From Octopus vulgaris (taxonomy: Eukaryota), in the NCBI GenBank assembly GCA_951406725.2, contig OX597831.1:70556001-70620000 (forward strand): 64,000 bases of DNA. The letters are read 5' to 3'. Below are positions 1 through 13,177 of this stretch, one piece after another. The notes beneath the pieces are model-generated. The model saw nothing but the letters and a program-made list of their open reading frames with translations, searched no databases and was not told where the DNA came from. Within the stretch, counting starts at the first letter, position 1, and the number at the start of each line of letters is the position of its first letter. Both the position numbers and the translations under genes were made by a program.

Positions 1-94
1 GAAATTTTTCCAGGTGCTCTTTGAGAGTTTCCCCATTTACCCCTCACAAATCACTGAGATTGTTTGGTGAGATGTAATGTATCCAATCACAGGT

Positions 95-850
95 TTAGGT
101 GAGGCTACCCTTCCTGTCAATGCTGTTGGTGTCCTCTAACTTATGGGATATGTACCTATTCATTGCATTTTGTTGATATGGTGCCTGCTTTTCCTCCAAG
201 CTTCTGTTTAGGTAGAGCAAGTCTAGCTTCCTTTGGGTCATATGTGACAGTTGTATTCTTAGAGTACCTTCACAGTAATTCTCCAGTTCTGAAGATGTTG
301 TTGCTCCTACTTTTGAGTATGCATGGAATTTACTCATTTCTTTCTTTACTGTTCAGTGCGTGTTGTCTGAGTGATACAATACAACATTCAAAGGCTTTTT
401 TGACTGACATGCCTCAACCACTATCACATCTCACATAAATCCTGTTGGTGTCGGTGTTAATATGAAAGTTACCAGTGGTGGTCAGTACCTTTCTGGTTTT
501 GATGTCTAGGTTGCATATCTCATCGAGAGTCTAGTGCAATATACAGATGTTGGTACTAGCACTGGTACTGTAAAAGCATTGTGAGATATGGTCTTGTTAA
601 ATGCAGATAGCTCTGAGTTCCATATTTTCCAGAGTCTACAGAAGTGCACCTTTATTTTTCTGGCTTTGGTCACAGCACCAGCATATGAAGCATTCTCATC
701 AACTCTGATGTACTTGTAGTGCTGATCATTAGCGAAAGGGGAGATAGACAAACTGTTGATGTACATGGTCTCTGCTTGGTTGACAATCTTTCCTTGGTTG
801 ACTATCATGTATGAGTATTTTGTCCATATGACAAAATATGAGTATCTTGT
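95..850 (-). mobile_element. R4/Dong-type non-LTR retrotransposon ORF remnant (end of RT and downstream region)
   Basis: Minus-strand peptide YKYIRVDEN...LWKIWNSELSAFNKTISHNAFTVPVLVPT, followed by a fragmented GNFHINTDTNRIY motif typical of R4-clade ORFs; frameshifts and stops. Confidence 0.7.
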
Positions 851-1439
851 CCGTACCCCATTTCTATATCTCGTGAAAATGTCATGACTAGTTCTAATTG
901 TCTCTTGATGTTGATCATATTACCTGAATACAATTTTTATGTGCATGTGCATATTATAAAGTAGTGAGAGAGGTTTATTGACTAATAACACAGATATCTT
1001 AAGCATAAGGTGTGTATTGTACAAGCTGCAGTTAGTGAGAATGCTGAATCTTGCAAATGGTAATAAGGTGGAAAGTGTTAAAACATTTTGTTACTCAGGA
1101 GACATGCAGAAGGTAAACTGAACTCAGCAATAGTGGTTAGAATGTGATGTGCATGAAAGCAGTTCCAGGAATTGTATTGGTTAATGAGGAATGATGTGCC
1201 ACTAAAACTGAAGAGAGAAGTGACTGTTACATGTAACAGTAGAATGAGAAGTGTTTTGATGTTTGGGAATGAGACAATCTCAAGGAATGGTGAGCAGCAA
1301 AGACAACAATTTCGAAAGACATTAAATGTAAATGGTTCAGTGGATAAGTGGTATGTCACTAAGAGAGAGGGGGGAAAGAGGTGGGGAAACAATGAATTTT
1401 GGGTAATTTGCTTAAGAAGAATGAAGAGAAATTGACTTC

Positions 1440-1791
1440 TTAACCACACAACCATGCATTCATAAATATAAATGTTTTGCTCATGGTAGCATTCTTGTAA
1501 GCTGTTTGAAGCATGGCAACAGTTTTGATCACCATTTTCCCCTGTAGAAAACAGAATTTCACAGAAGCACGCTTTTCCTTCATTTCAGCCATAGCAAAAA
1601 TCAACAAACAGTGGGGAAGCACTGCAAAACAATGATGCACCACATGACGGTATGACTCCACTAAATGCCGCCAGTTGGCGAACTGATGCCTGCCCGTTTT
1701 ACGGTTTCATAAATTGGCATCTAGCAGTAGAAGTCTAAGCTATGACTGGCTTACCCCACAGAGAATGTTTCCAGTTACTTTTGCGTACCTC

Positions 1792-1796
<5 letters not shown>
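1440..1796 (-). mobile_element. mariner transposon 5' remnant
   Basis: MAEMKEKRASVKFCFLQGK...AMLQTAY..ATMSKT resembles the mariner transposase N-terminus; TIR-like TA-TGAAGAGGTACGCAAAAGT at ~1775-1796. Confidence 0.7.
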
Positions 1797-1824
<28 letters not shown>

Positions 1825-1832
<8 letters not shown>

Positions 1833-2083
1833 TATATAGAGGGTATTATTACACACAAATGTTGCACGCTAGGAGGGACTTTTAAAGTCATAACTACCAA
1901 ATATAGATATTGGTAGTTATGGCTTTAAAAGTCCCTGTGTAATAATGCCCTCTATATAATATAAATAAATATTTTGAAGTCAAAAAATTTACAGATTTTT
2001 TCTCTTATGAGGTTTTTCACACTAACTACATGATAATTTCTTATTAAAATTTCTTATTAAGATTTTATCCTATTTTCAAAATT

Positions 2084-2090
<7 letters not shown>
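1825..2090. repeat. (TA)n-flanked fold-back element, related to 37735-37985
   Basis: Nested inverted arms 1825-1855/1936-1966 and 1874-1900/1910-1936; the tail TTTTCTCTTATGAGGT.TTTCAC.CTA.CTAC.TGATAATTTCTT is shared with 37900-37950. Confidence 0.6.
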
Positions 2091-2130
<40 letters not shown>

Positions 2131-2134
<4 letters not shown>

Positions 2135-2330
2135 TATGAAAACATCGTGTACATTAAAACTGCTCTAAGGCTTTCCTATTTGGAAGCCTCTTAACGTGTT
2201 TTAATGTACACAATATTTTTATGTGAATAATATATATAATCTATTGACTAATTTTTTTTGTGCTAGGCCACTGGTAATAATAATTTCTATAATTCTTATT
2301 ACCCTAATATTATTTATTATGTTTAAATAT
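2131..2330. repeat. (TA)n-flanked fold-back element
   Basis: Arms AAAACATCGTGTACATTAAAAC / GTTTTAATGTACACAATATTTT around a GGCTTTCC-TATTT-GGAAGCC hairpin. Confidence 0.45.
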
Positions 2331-2386
2331 ATATACATATGTATATGTACATATATATATCTATATATATATATGTGTGTGTGTGC

Positions 2387-2429
<43 letters not shown>

Positions 2430-2433
<4 letters not shown>

Positions 2434-2910
2434 AGTAAAATGAATGGTTTACATTTGGTAGCTTACTGGTAGAGCACGGTCACTTTCAGAGTGATCACAA
2501 GGTAAATAACAAATGAAAGACAGAATATGGAATATACAAGAATATATTATTAATCACAACAATTGTTTCAACACATCTAGCACCGACTCCTCTTGTGATA
2601 CCCACAAACACTGGTACACGAGTATCTGGTGGTGCAGACACATTTCGTCAGGTGATAAATAAAAAATCTCATTAAAATGTTCCATAATGCACCTTTCCAT
2701 TTTGTAGGGAGAAAAACAGCTAGATGGAGGAAAATTCTTCATATATATAGAAGATCCAAAAATTGCAGAAGACAAAAAGAGAAACAAAGACTTAATCCAG
2801 CAAGAAAAGATACTTACTAGAATTTCTGAAAGATTATCGAGATGCCTACAGGCATATAAATGTACTTTCGCACAATGCAGTGAGAATGAATTTTGAGTAA
2901 CTGTTAACGT
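2430..2910 (-). mobile_element. non-coding hammerhead-bearing element (Penelope-like terminus), homologous to 48745-49100
   Basis: Clear similarity to 48745-49100; 3' end abuts (TA)n; contains a hammerhead motif. Confidence 0.55.
2553..2658 (-). ncRNA. type I hammerhead ribozyme with extended stem II
   Basis: Minus strand ATCAC-CTGACGA-[AATGTGTCT GCACC...GGTGC T AGATGTGTT]-GAAA-CAATTG-TT-GTGAT: complete core, palindromic stem III, GUU cleavage triplet. Confidence 0.7.
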
Positions 2911-3129
2911 AGTGTAATTTTATTTTATCTTACTTGAAGGTATGGATGACTTAAATTTACTTTAAACCTCTCCATTCTTCTAAACACCTACTAAATATAT
3001 AACTCACTTTGTAATCATGAGTGCACCTAACCTCGTGTGTGCGTATGCTCACATTTTTGCTAATGCTTGTATGAGCGTGTGTACTCGTGCAATGCTGCTT
3101 GCCCAAGGGCGTTTATACATCCATATTCG

Positions 3130-4328
3130 GCTGGTTTTACTCGAGATTACTCCAATCTGGCCAGCCCCAAGGAAAAACTAAACTAAGAGCATTAGATTCC
3201 TTGGAAGAAAGGAGCGAATGTATACGAAAACAAGGACGGAAAAAAACGGAGAATGTTACACAAATATAAATAACAGGCCATAACAACAGGTGTCTTTCGA
3301 CTAAGTGCGAATTAAATTAAACTGGTGTGTGTGAAAATAAAGCCTTACGGCAGGGATACAAGATTCCACAGGCACAGGGAGGAATATAGATGTTGCACGG
3401 ACAATGGCCAAACCAAGAAAGAAAGATCAGGCTTGGCCGAACACCAGTCACGTGAGGGGAGAAGAGAGAGAGGTAGAGGCAGAGTGACAGAAGAATTAAG
3501 GAAGGGTGAGATATATAATATATAAATATATGCATATATACATACATATATATACATACCTACATACATATGTATATATACATGCATATATGGGTACAGG
3601 ACATCAAAAAACGTAGACAGAATGAGAAACGAAAACAGAAAACAAAACCATAGAAAACGAATTTTTTTCAATCAACGAAAAACCAAACAAACAGAGAAAC
3701 AAGACATGCAACATAAAGAACATTCCCTTCATCAGTTGTGCCTTATTTTATCTACTCCATGTTTCGAAGGTAAGTACAAGACGCGACTTTGTTAAAACAA
3801 TCCTTCCTACAAAGCAAATTATATAAAATTTGGGATTTTTAGCGAAGGGTGAAAGTGGTAACAAGAACACACAGTAAAAACAAAACAGTAAAAACAAAGG
3901 GTGAGAGCTGTTAAGCGAAGACGACGTGAAGTGGTGAACGCTGGAAAAACGAGCTTTGAGAAGAGACGTTTTGTCTTTTAGGAAAGAACTGGAAGAAAGA
4001 TAGATGGATGGCCGTTGTTCCCATGTGTGCAACGAGAGAGTCAAGGAGGAAGAGTGATAGAGAGGGGGGAAAGTGAAGGGGGAGGAGAAGAATATGGAAA
4101 GGGTATGAGAGAAAAAAACAGAAAGGAAGAAGAACAATAGCGGGAGATAGATAGACAAAAAAGAGATAGAATAAGAGTGTGCATCTTAATTATTAAGATA
4201 AAACTTACTTGGAAAAGGATGCATGGTGTTCGATCATATAATATAAATAATATATAAATATATGCATATATACATACATATATGTACATACCTACATAGA
4301 AAACGAACTTTTTCCAAACAACAAAAAA
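3130..4328. repeat. unclassified interspersed repeat with internal direct repeats
   Basis: 3517-3570 repeated at 4249-4298, and 3648-3680 repeated at 4295-4328; purine-rich body; a lone CTGATGA on the minus strand at ~3729-3735. Confidence 0.35.
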
Positions 4329-4329
4329 T

Positions 4330-4485
4330 GGGCTTTTTTTCAGTTTCCATCTATTAAATCCACTCACAAGGTTTTGGTTGGCTCAAGGTTATAGTGGAAG
4401 ACACTTGCCAAAGGTGTCACACAGTGGGACTGAACCCAGAACTATGTGGTTGAGAAGTCAGCTTCTTACTACACAGCCATACCTG
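4330..4485 (-). mobile_element. tRNA-derived SINE family A, head only
   Basis: Matches the 5' half of the full copies (A box TGGCTGTGTAGT, B box GGTTCAGTCCC). Confidence 0.8.
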
Positions 4486-4934
4486 AAGCTATATCCACGC
4501 AGCCATACCTGCACCTATATTTCTATATGTCTGTGCGTGAGAGCGAGAGAGAAAAAGGGAAGTCAGAGACAGAGAGAGAAACATCTGAAACCATACTAGA
4601 TAAGATGTACTAATGTGTGTCCTGTCGGAACCTTATTAACAAAGACAATATTGCTCACAAATGCATAATATAAAGAATAAAAAAAAAGAAAACCAAATGG
4701 TAAGTCATTTGACTCTAGTTAGCTTAATGTATGTAGAAGATAGCTATAAAACAGATGCCATTCTCACTTCACAGTAGAATGTCTGCTACTTATAAGGTTA
4801 TTTAGCTGTAAATTCTGCAAGCATGAATTTATGGGAAACATGGAAAATTTCTAGAAATGTGTTTTCCACCATGATTTCCATAAACTGATGCACAACTTAT
4901 ATAACTTCTACCATGGAGATATTTATATCTGTAT

Positions 4935-4981
<47 letters not shown>

Positions 4982-5118
4982 CACTCACTCACTCACACAC
5001 ATATGTATATGCATGTATGTATAGTTCAAATTTATAGAAAAAAAAAACAAAAGACGAAGACAGGTGTATGAACAACAAGCAGGTGTATTAGTTTGATGCT
5101 CGGGAAAAATGGAAAAGT

Positions 5119-5154
5119 CTTTTATGTTTCAAGCCTACTCTTTTCGACAGAAAG
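5119..5154 (-). ncRNA. degenerate minimal hammerhead-like motif
   Basis: Minus strand CTTT-CTGTCGA-AAAGAGTAGGCTT-GAAA-CA-TA-AAAG; core has U at position 6. Confidence 0.4.
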
Positions 5155-5780
5155 GAATAAAAGGCCAAAAAATGGAGAGAATGAAAACAAAATGGAAAAA
5201 ACGATAGAGTTCAGCAGTTCGACTTGGTGAGATTATATATAGAATTAAAAGATAAGTATCTGTTTCAAATTCCATAGACAGTAGGACATTATTTCTTAAG
5301 AAATTGTTACCCAGTTAAATTTGTTTATATTAGTAATATTCAAGTCCTATGCTCCCTGAAGCAGACTCTTAATTTTTAGAATGTTTGATTGTTTGAAATA
5401 AAACATACATACGTCTTAGGTAATGAGCAGCAATATTTTAGCATCCATGGAAGGTAAGGGGTGGTGGTTGGCAGGTGCATTTGTCTGCGTATATTCTGTA
5501 AGAATATGTTCAGGTGTGGAGATGTGTTACCTTGTTTTGAAACAACTGTGGGCTGTCGATAACGAGTATATCCAGCCACAGAATATCTGCTACAATAAGT
5601 TCCTTTTGAGTCATGCAAGCAAGGAAAAGTGGGTGTTAAATCAATGATGATGGTGATAGTGTATATGCACAGACAGACAATACAGACAGACAAACTGATA
5701 GAAATAGCTATAAACATGTATGTTGTATATATGTGCCTATATACTTAAATACATATACATACATGCATACACACACATAT

Positions 5781-5823
<43 letters not shown>

Positions 5824-5845
5824 ACATGTATATATATATATATGT

Positions 5846-5899
<54 letters not shown>

Positions 5900-5997
5900 G
5901 TATATATTTATATATATATATAATCAATTATTTAGCAGTGAAATTACTAGACAGTACTTAATAATAATGTAATGATTAATGGTTATCTAAAAAAAAA

Positions 5998-6036
5998 TTT
6001 CCGTTGAGAATCCTCAAGTGATTGAAAAGCGTAAAC
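5998..6036 (+). ncRNA. degenerate minimal hammerhead-like motif
   Basis: TTT-CCGTTGA-G-AATC-CTCAAGT-GATT-GAAA-AGCG-TA-AAC, with AATAAA ~20 nt downstream; near a (TA)n tract. Confidence 0.4.
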
Positions 6037-6124
6037 AATTATAGCTGAGATTTGAATAAAGATATTCATATTTTACATAGATATACATTAATGAATAAGT
6101 AACCATCTTTCTGTTTGCAGCAGC

Positions 6125-6181
<57 letters not shown>

Positions 6182-6685
6182 TATGAGATAATGTACATTT
6201 TAAGCATAATTTTGATTATTTTGGTTAATAACTGTTATATAGGTAGATATTGAATATATGAATATTGATGCTAATCGTATGAAGATGGAAAGTGTTGCTT
6301 TGAAATTTATTTGAAAAGTAAAGACACTGAAACCTTATTGCTGTGTGGTTAAAGGGTTTGATTACATAACACATTGTAATGCATACGGATGTTAATGCTA
6401 CCAGTCTGTCAAACTGTTGTACGTCAAGGCAAAGGGTTGCCGCTAGTTTTGAAGTTGATCCAAATACAGGAATTGCTGACACTTCATGTTTGAGAAGTTA
6501 GCAGTAGAAATTGTGGTGTTGACTTGTAAAGCATTGCACCAAATGCAACAGGTCTGAATCAGACAGAAATTTGTAAGGATACAAAATTATTGCAAAATTC
6601 ACCCACATACCCACACACACAAACACACTCACACTTGCACACACACATACATGCACACACATTCAAGCACACACATATACATATA

Positions 6686-7111
6686 GGTGTAGGAGTGGCT
6701 GTGTGGTAAGTAGCTTGCTTACAAGCCACATGGTTCCGGGTTCAGTCCCACAGCGTGGCATTTTGGGTAGATGTCTTCTACTATAGTCTTGGGCCGACCA
6801 AAGCCTTGTGAGTGGATTTGGTAGACGGAAACTGAAAGAAGCCCGTCGTATATATGTACATATATATATATATATACATATGTATGTATGAGTGTGTGTG
6901 TGTTTGTGTGTCTGTGTTTGTCTCCCCAATATCGCTTGACAACCGAAGCTGGTGTGTTTAAGTCCCCGTAACTTAGCGGTTCGGTAAAAGAGACCGATAG
7001 AATAAGTACTGGGCTTACAAAGAATAAGTCCTGGGGTCAATTTGCTCGACTAAAGGCGGTGCTCCGGTATGGCCGCAGTCAAATGACTGAAACAAGTAAA
7101 AGAGCAAAGAG
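6686..7111 (+). mobile_element. tRNA-derived SINE family A, full length
   Basis: Pol III A/B boxes, internal (TA)/(TG) microsatellite, CAGTC-AAAT-GACTG hairpin and GTAAAAGA-type tail; many near-identical copies in the window. Confidence 0.9.
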
Positions 7112-8103
7112 CGTATATAAGAGCATAGTCATAGCTGTGTGATTGAAAATTCACTTTACCACCACAAGATTCTTGACTCAGTTCCATTGTTCTGTTTTTT
7201 GTTATTGTAGTAGTAGTAGTAGTAGTAGTAGTTATGAGATAATGTTAGGCATGTGTCTTCTAGAATAGCCTTGTGCTGACCATTTCCTCATGAGTGAAAG
7301 TGTGTTTGTAGAAACAGTGTATATGAATGTGTGAACTTCTATCTGTCGGTGTACTTTGTTGCATTGCTTTATATCAGAATCGTAACTTAGTAATTTGATA
7401 TCTAGATATTGATAAAAATTATGTACTGATGGTGATGTGATTAACTAAAACTCTTGAAGGGTGGTATTCCAGCATGTCACAGTCCGATGGCTGGAAACAG
7501 AATACTATATTTGAGTTTTTGTAATAAGAACAAAATAATAAGTACTTACCCTGCTTAGCTTAGTTCATAAACTGATTTATTAAAGTTTATCTAGCAGACA
7601 TTCATCAGATCTCATTTCAATGAAGAACTGTTTTTGAAGAAAAATGTCTCAGTTTTGCTGTGAATTGCATTTGGTGTTTTGTTATATGCCTAGCATACTT
7701 CAAGTGAATCGTTTAGTCTTTTATCTCTCTGCTGTAATTCACCAGGTGGAATTAGTTTTCTGGCACCATTTCAATATGCTTTACATCTCATAATGTAATA
7801 TATCAAAATATTGCGTAATTATATTAGATATATGTACTGAGCAGAGTTGGCACTTTTATGCTCTTTTCTTTCAATGAAACTTTAGCTCAATAGATTTGCC
7901 ATTGGTTTGTTGGTTTCTTTCTTCTTGTAATTATATTCGTCTTCCAGAATATTACATCAGTTACATAACCAGGATTTAAATCTTTTTTTCAATATACTTA
8001 CTAAAATTCATTGTCTAACTGTATGTTACTGTGACAATTTTTCATTCAATAGCTTATGACATTTATGATTGGAGAGAAAATAATATTCAAAATTGCTTAT
8101 ATA

Positions 8104-8510
8104 TACTCTTTTACTCTTTTACTTGTTTCAGTCATTTGACTGCGGCCATGCTGGAGCACCGCCTTCAGTCGAGCAAATCGACCCCGGGACTTATTCTTTG
8201 TAAGCCCAGTACTTATTCTATCGGTCTCTTTTGCTGAACCGCTAAGTAACGGGGACATAAACACACCAGCATCGGTTGTCAAGCAATGCTTGGGGGACAA
8301 ACACACACGCACAAACACACACACACAAATATACATATACATATATACGACGGGCTTCTTTCAGTTTCCGTCTACCAAATCCACTCACAAGGCTTTGGTC
8401 GGCCCAAGACTATAGCAGAAGACACTTGCCCAAGATGCCACGCAGTGGGACTGAACCCGGAACCATGTGGTTGGTAAGCAAGCTACTTACCACACAGCCA
8501 CTCCTGCGCC
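8104..8510 (-). mobile_element. SINE family A, full length
   Basis: Reverse complement of 6686-7111. Confidence 0.9.
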
Positions 8511-8576
<66 letters not shown>

Positions 8577-8649
8577 TGTGTGAGTGTGTTTAGCAAGAGA
8601 AATAGAGAGAGAGAAAGAGAGAGTGCTCGGCAGTAAGCTTATTAGCCAG

Positions 8650-9629
8650 GGTAATAAAAATGCAGTGTTAATTTCTAATAACTTCATAAAAAAAATTATT
8701 CAAAATAAATATGTCTCAGTATTTGTTGGTCTTCCTTTAGACAATTCCTTGGCTTACATCAGATTAGACATGAATTCCGTTAAGTTAGCGATGATAAAGC
8801 TCATCCATATTTATGCAGTGTTTTGTCCCATATTTCTTCCAGTTTTGTAATTGATATAATTTTCAACAGTCTGGCTCTGCTGTTCTCCAACATGTTTTAT
8901 TGGATTAAGATCAGGACCTTGAGTAACCCACTTGAAATTTGATTCACTGGATTCTTGTCCAAGCTTGTGATATGTTGCATGTATGACTTAAGGCTCCATC
9001 ATCATAAAAAAAAAAGAGTTTTCTTAATTTCTAAAATGCAAGAGATGGCTATTAGCAGTATTTTGGGGGATTTAACTGATTTTCAACTAAAATTAGCTCT
9101 AGTCTGTCTGTCATCTAAATTACATTTTCCTACCACCACCACCACCACCACCACCTTACTATAATTCTAACTCCACAATGTTTTAACTGTTTCTTGCCAA
9201 GAAATCCATTTAATTGGTAATTCATTTCCCTTGTTGCAGAACCCATTGGCTCAGTTGAACCTTTTGATTTTACTACACTCTGAAATGATTGACATTTTTC
9301 GTGCAACCTTTAATACATATCCCAGGGCTTTCCGGACTTTTCTAACACAATATAGCAACATATCTTTTTATCTTTTACTTGCTTCAGTCATTAGACTCTG
9401 GCCATACTGGAGCACTGCCTTGATGAACTTTTAGTCGTATGTATCAACCCCAGCAGTTATTTTTTGATAAACCTGGTACTTACTTTATCGGACTCTTTTG
9501 CTGAACCGCTAGGTTATAGGGACATGAGCACATGAGCATCGGTTGTCAAGTAGTGGTGTGGGATAAACACAAACACACACACGTACATGCACATGCACAC
9601 ACACTCACATGCATGCACACACTTGCATG

Positions 9630-9672
<43 letters not shown>

Positions 9673-10250
9673 GACAAGCTTCTTTCAGTTTCCATCTACC
9701 AAATCCACTCTCAAAGCTTTGGTCAGCCCAAGGTTATTGTAGAAGACACTTGCCCAAGGTGCCATGCAATGGGACAGAACTTGGAACCATGTGGTTGGGA
9801 AGCAGGCTTCTCATGACGCTACCACACCATAGAATTGTAACCTTTTTTTTACAGTAATATGACAATGTTTAGTAACTTCGTTTTTTAACTGCCCTCTTCA
9901 CCCTCTCTGAAACTTTCTGCATCCTCCCAGATGTCTTCTTCACTCACGGATCCTCTTCTTATATCCCCCACCCTTCTCTATGCCATTCATTGTTTGATGA
10001 TTAATATTTTTTTTTTTAAAATTAAGCATTTTCTTAATTAGACTTTCTACAGTGATACTAACTGATAACATACCCATATGTAAATTCCTCATAGTCTTTT
10101 TCCAGATAGTTTCCTTTCTAGTAGTTTATCAAAATGAATTTACAGTTAATTCAATCTAAATGCATGACAGAATGTATATACAGGTACTTACAAACAGGGA
10201 AAACATCTGTTAGAAAAAGAGGGAAAATAAACCAGTACTCCCTCTCTCTC
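8650..10250 (-). mobile_element. Tc1-type transposase remnant, interrupted by a SINE
   Basis: Minus-strand fragments SGRMQKVSERVKRAV (~9880-9935), DDGALSHT (~8975-9005) and GPDLNPIKHV (~8890-8920). Confidence 0.55.
9363..9825 (-). mobile_element. SINE family A, diverged copy
   Basis: Colinear with the other copies. Confidence 0.85.
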
Positions 10251-10648
10251 TTATTCTTTTAATTGTTCTAGTCATGTGACTGTGGCCAAGCTGAAGCACT
10301 GCCTTTAGTCGAGCAAATCGACCCCAGGATTTATTCTTTGTAAGCCTAGTACTTATTCTATCAGTCACTTTTGCCAAACCGCTAAGTTACGAAGACATAA
10401 ATACACCAGCATCGGTTGTCAAGCAATGTTGGGGGACAAACACAGACACAAACCCATACACACACACATACACATATATATACATATATACGACGGGCTT
10501 CTTTCAGTTTCCATCTACCAAATCCACTCACAAGTCTTTGGTCAGCATGAGGCTATAGTAGAAGACGCTTGCCCAAGGTGCCACGCAGTTGGACTGAACC
10601 CGGAACCATGTGTTTGGTAAGCAAGCTACTTGCTACATAGCCACTCCT
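10251..10648 (-). mobile_element. SINE family A
   Basis: Colinear with the other copies. Confidence 0.9.
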
Positions 10649-11039
10649 AGCTAAAGATTTTCTATCTCACCAAATGTATATAAACAAACACATATGTATA
10701 TAGATATGTATGAGTTTTTTATCTTCTATCTTTTACTTGTTTCAATCATTGGGTTGTGGCTATGCAAGGGCACCTACAGTCTAATGACTGAATCATTTAA
10801 TAGATAATGTATGTATGTGTGTGTGTGTGTATGTATCTATGTATGTATGTATTTATGTATGTTGGTATGTATGTATGTATGTTTTTTATATGTTCTTGTT
10901 CTCTTTTTAATTTAGAGTAAATTTCGACCAGCCATCTATTTCATAAAAAGGTTGTGAAAGAAAACATCTTGTTTTAACCACCATCCTTCTAATATTAAAA
11001 ATGGTTTTGCAAATTTTAATAGTTCCAGATATTGTGAAC

Positions 11040-11720
11040 AGAGGTAGTATATGAATTAAAGACTTGCAGTCTCTCCCCAAGGTCCCAAATTCAGCCATAC
11101 TTTGCTCTAGACAGATTGGCATTTATCTTGTTCGAATAATAATAAGTATGAAGCTGAAAGTGTATCTTGGATACTGGATTTACAAACTCTTTATCAATGG
11201 TCCTAAGGTGTCCTCTTTCTCCTGTATTTTTCTGCAACATCGGTGTCCAGAGGTCAGCTGATTTTCCTGACAGAAAACATCCTTTTCCTGTTTGTTCCAC
11301 ACAACAATATTTTGCTGGTTGTGTTTTAACTTGGTGGTTGTATAAATTTTTAACTTAGTGGATGCTTTAATATTTAAGTTACACTAATACCCTTTTGACT
11401 CATCGGTCTCAATATGATTGATTCATCTGAAGGTATTTTCTTTTTGTTATCTTGTTCCAGACTCTTCTGGACACTGCATCATATGTCATGAGAAAATAAT
11501 ACCAAGAAGATATTCTCTTGTATTTGGTAACAATGTGGTTGATGTCTTCAATCTTGGTGTTGCACAGCCAGCATTTGTTGTCTTTGACAGACAACAAACG
11601 AAGGTTGTGTGTAATAATGGGAAGTTTTAGTTTAGCTGTTGAATACATGTTTATTTGACCATTCCATGTTTCTCAGAATATATTCTCTAATGTTCCTTTC
11701 CTTTATCTTTTTAAAGTTGG
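11040..11720 (-). mobile_element. R4/Dong-type ORF C-terminal remnant (zinc knuckle and REL endonuclease region)
   Basis: KDNKCWLCNTKIEDINHIV (CCHC-like motif) followed by a decayed endonuclease-like segment. Confidence 0.65.
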
Positions 11721-12069
11721 TAGTGTACAACATGATGAAGATTTAGCTGTTAATTCTACTAGATCAAGTGAATAAATACAAGCCATACCCACCCCTTCAT
11801 TCAGTTGTGAAGCAATATTTCATTGATTACAGAGTAACGATCTATATGTTTGATATATATGTGTTAATGATTTTCTCTCATGAATCATATTAAATGTAAA
11901 TATTCAACAACTACTTTGATAACTGTCTGAGTTTAGTATGCTATTAGTAATTATGAGCCTGATTAGATCAAAATTACTGGAGATGTTCTCTGTCAAGTTT
12001 CACGATGGTGTCAAGAAAATAATTACAATGTTTAGAAATGATTCACTCTTTACACAAACACATGCACAC

Positions 12070-12330
12070 GCACCATCATCATCATCATCATCCTCATCAT
12101 CATCATCCTCAGCAGCAGCAGCAACATCATCATCATCATCATCACCATCCACATCATTTCTTTACCTCACCTTTCCATGCCAGTATGGGTTCGGCAGGTT
12201 GTTGCTTTTCTAGATGGGTTGGTTTGGAGAACCACATCTTGCTTATGAGGGTTTTTTTTTTTTGACGTGATTTCTACTGTTGGATGTCCTTCTTAACATT
12301 AACCACTTTACAGAAAATACTAAGAACAAT
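12070..12330 (-). mobile_element. old RTE 3'-end remnant with expanded (GAT)n tail
   Basis: (CAT)n followed by TTTCCATGCCAGTATGGGTT...GGATGTCCTTCTTAAC, matching the RTE tail. Confidence 0.55.
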
Positions 12331-12557
12331 TTTTCATAGCACCAGCATTAAAAATACTGTCATGTATCTGACAAGACCAAAGGGTCCTTGCAATTTCACG
12401 TGCCTGTGAGTGAAAATATTGGTAGAGTATTCGAGGCACACATCTGATGAGATACCATATCATTATGCCTTGAGATGAGCAAGAAAGTTAGGGTGATAGA
12501 GACATGAGTGACAATGGCAGATAAATAATAAGGTGATGTGATATAAATGTGAATACA

Positions 12558-12589
<32 letters not shown>

Positions 12590-12594
12590 CATAC

Positions 12595-12645
<51 letters not shown>

Positions 12646-12859
12646 GAAATGAGGTACTCAGAAATTTGGATGGTTTTATATTTACAGATATTTATTTGTA
12701 TATTACATGTTATTATACATCATATAACTTAGATCATATATTAGCGCTTTCTTCCATTCTAGTGGGATATATGTGTGTGAGTGTGTATATATACATATAT
12801 ATATATAAATCCGAAAAAGAAGTATACTCTAAGTCATAGAGCAATAGAGTATATAGATA

Positions 12860-13130
12860 ACGATAGATATGCTCAGTCTGTGGAGTTACCCTGGGTTTCA
12901 CATCCATAAAGTGGATGCTTTACAGCATTTCTTTAAACCCTAGGCCTATGGCTTCTCTAGAAAATGGAGGAGAAAAATACTTTCTTACACTGTCAACAAG
13001 AGATTGACTCCCTTTGACAATCCCTTGTTTTCTAGAGAGGCCATAGATCCAAGGTCTGAAGAAACGTAATGCTAAGCCCTTTATGGATGTGAAAACCAGG
13101 GTAATCCCATAGACCGCCCATATCTATCTT
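12860..13130. repeat. (TA)n-flanked imperfect fold-back (~270 bp) with a hammerhead half-motif
   Basis: Arms GATAGATATG...TTACCCTGGGTTTCACATCCATAAAG / CTTTATGGATGTGAAAACCAGGGTAA...CATATCTATC; minus strand CATCCA-CTTTA-TGGATG-T-GAAA-CCCAGGG-TA. Confidence 0.55.
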
Positions 13131-13143
13131 TAAGCTATTCATA

Positions 13144-13177
<34 letters not shown>

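Noticed and set aside
3700-3780. Permuted hammerhead (GAAA...CTGATGA on the minus strand)
   Set aside because: Stems I and III cannot be paired convincingly
6686-6760. tRNA genes at SINE heads (also 16250-16324 and 26234-26305)
   Set aside because: A/B boxes are present but there is no complete cloverleaf, and each is fused to a SINE body
7540-7800. Possible minus-strand exon ending in AGG|GTAAGT
   Set aside because: The frame I checked contains a stop, and there is no supporting neighbouring exon
8276-8575. Recurrent ORFs such as RRASFSFRLPNPLTRLWSA and AEDTCPRCHAVGLNPEPCGW
   Set aside because: Antisense translations of SINE A copies, not a gene family
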